Origin: Nemertoderma westbladi
Taxonomy: Eukaryota; Animalia; Xenacoelomorpha
NCBI GenBank assembly: GCA_032718475.1
Contig: JAUCBJ010007104.1
Location: forward strand, 1 to 64,000
Direction of reading: 5' to 3'
DNA length: 64,000 bases
Made by a program: the position numbers and the translations under genes. The notes under the pieces were generated by a model that was not told the DNA's origin, ran no database searches, and worked only from the letters and a program-made list of their open reading frames with translations. Of this stretch, positions 62,001 to 64,000 are shown piece after piece. Position 1 is the first letter of the stretch. The number at the start of each line of letters is the position of its first letter.

Positions 62001-63330
62001 TTTGGGTGTCCGGGCATCCTAGTGCCCGGACGTCCGGTCGTCCGGGCGACTTTGGAACAGTCAAATAGGCAGACAGAAAAATTCAAATGAAACGCAGATT
62101 TACAGAATTCCGGACAATATTTTGGACAACTTGCCCGCAAATCCGGGCATTTTGGCCGGATTTTTGGTTGTCCGGCCATCCTAGAGCCCGGACTTTCGAA
62201 CATCCGGACGTACGGGCGAATTTGCAACAGTCAAATAGGCAGACAGACAGTTTAAAGGACACCCAGATTTAGAGAATTCCGGACAGTATTTTGGAATTAC
62301 CCGGAAATCCGCACATTTTGGCCGGTTTTTTGGGTGTCCGGGAATCCTAGTGCCCGGACGTCCGGTCGTCTGGGCGACTTTGGAACAGCCAAATAGGCAG
62401 ACAGAAAAATTCAAATGAAACGCAGATTTACAGAATTCCGGACAATATTTTGGACAACTTGCCCGCAAATCCGGGCATTTTGGCCAGATTTTTGGTTGTC
62501 CGGCCATCCTAGAGCCCGGACTTTCGAACATCCGGACGTCCGGGCGACTTTGGAACAGTCAAACAGGCAGACAGACAATTTTATTGGACAGCCAGATTTA
62601 CAGAATTCCGGACAATATTTTGGAGAAACTGCCCGGAAATCCGGACGTTTTGGCCGTATTTTTTGATGTCCGGGCATTCTAGTGCCCGGGCGTCCGGACA
62701 TACGGACGTCCAGGCGAATTTGGGTCCAGGCGAATTTGGAACAGTCAAATAGGCATTTTGGAATTGCCCGGAATTCCGGACATTTTTTCCGGAGTTTTGG
62801 GTGTCCGGGCATCCTAGTGCCCGGACGTCCGGTCGTCCGGGCGACTTTGGAACAATCAAATAGGCAGACAGAAAAATTTAAAGGAAACACAGATTTACAG
62901 AATTCCGGACAATATTTTGTACAAATTGCCTAGAAATCCGGACATTTAGGCCGGATTTTAGTATCTCCGGGCATACTAGTGCCCGGGCGTCCGGACATCC
63001 GGAGGACTTTGGAACGGGTAAACAGTCGGACAGACAAGTTTAATAGACGACCGGATTTACCGAATTCCGAACAGTAATTTGGACAAATTTGCCCGTATAT
63101 CGTGACATTTTGCCGGATTTATGGATGTCCGGGTCTTCAAGTGCCCAGGCATCCGGGCGACTTTGGAACGGTCAAATAGTCGGACAGACAAGATTAATGG
63201 ACGCCCAGATTTACAGAATTTCGGACAGTAATTTGGACAGTTTCCCGGACATACAGAGATTTTGTTCGGATTTATGGACGTGTGGGCATCCTAATGCCCG
63301 GACATCCAGTCAACTAGACGTTCAGCAAGA
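59050..63330. repeat. ~170-bp CCGG-rich satellite, ~25 monomers, degenerating to the right
   Basis: ggaacagtcaaatag recurs at ~59197, 59367, 59536, 59703, 59873, 60043, 60213...; many tccgga/cccgg palindromes; an 847-bp (5-mer) duplication. Confidence 0.95.
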
Positions 63331-64000
63331 CAATCGGAAGTTATATAAGATTAATTAATTAATTATTGGTAATATTATGTCAACAACTGATATAAACCGA
63401 ATATTTGAAACACACAAAGTTAACATAATATTAGTTCAGGAAATAAGCAGCTTTACAGCACTATTATTATATCGATAATAATTAATTAGTTCTAATTAAT
63501 ATAAATTATCAATCGCGAGTCTCCAATACAAATTGACAGTTCAACTTGGTAGAAACCCATCTCTATGCAGTGTCTGTAGTATTAGCGACGTTGTGTAGAG
63601 CTTCTTCAATGTCCTAAAAATATTAACAATAATTAAGTTTACATATAGATCGATAATTAGAGCTAGAAAGAAAACATTTTGTTTTCAGCTATCTACTTGT
63701 GCGACATATAGCAGATGTAATAAAAGATGAAATGTTTGATGACTATGAGATTGGCGCTTTCAAAGTCGGAGCGCCATGTTTACTATCATTAGCAAGCCAT
63801 AGATACAATGTAAATCAAATTGTGAAAAAATTCAATCCACCAAGTTTATTTTTTCCTGATAACTTTAATTGTTCATATTTAATTTTAGTCATAAATAATA
63901 TGGACATAGATTCACATATAAGAGGCAATGCATATTGGACCTCTTTACAGAGAGCTTCGGTTAAAGACCCATACAAATAAACATTGTCCTAAAGGGGAAG

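Overview
AT-rich animal (invertebrate-like) nuclear DNA with three spliced genes. On + is an RBPMS/couch-potato/MEC-8-family single-RRM gene with a ~14 kb first intron and alternative 3' exons (~9.3-37.9 kb). On - are a two-exon COG4 (46.7-49.1 kb) and a four-exon PH-C2-type inositol polyphosphate 4-phosphatase, INPP4 (52.2-57.4 kb). The first 7 kb is a nest of decayed elements: a BEL/Pao LTR retrotransposon, a TIR/foldback element and an RTE-clade LINE. There are six large tandem arrays (39/19, ~28, 23, 63, 51 and ~170 bp units). Best candidate for an undescribed system: three ~90-nt tRNA-like Pol III units of two different families (15.1 kb, and an inverted pair at 35.5-36.0 kb). In each, a minimal type I hammerhead ribozyme fold with a palindromic stem III sits between the A box and B box, in place of the anticodon arm. 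Other notable observations: a CAC cluster between two alternative acceptors of the CAC-binding RBPMS gene (possible poison-splice autoregulation), nine identical tandem copies of an INPP4 splice acceptor of which only the last keeps the frame open, and a 63-bp satellite growing out of a SINE. All calls were made by eye, without database searches; exon structures are predictions.
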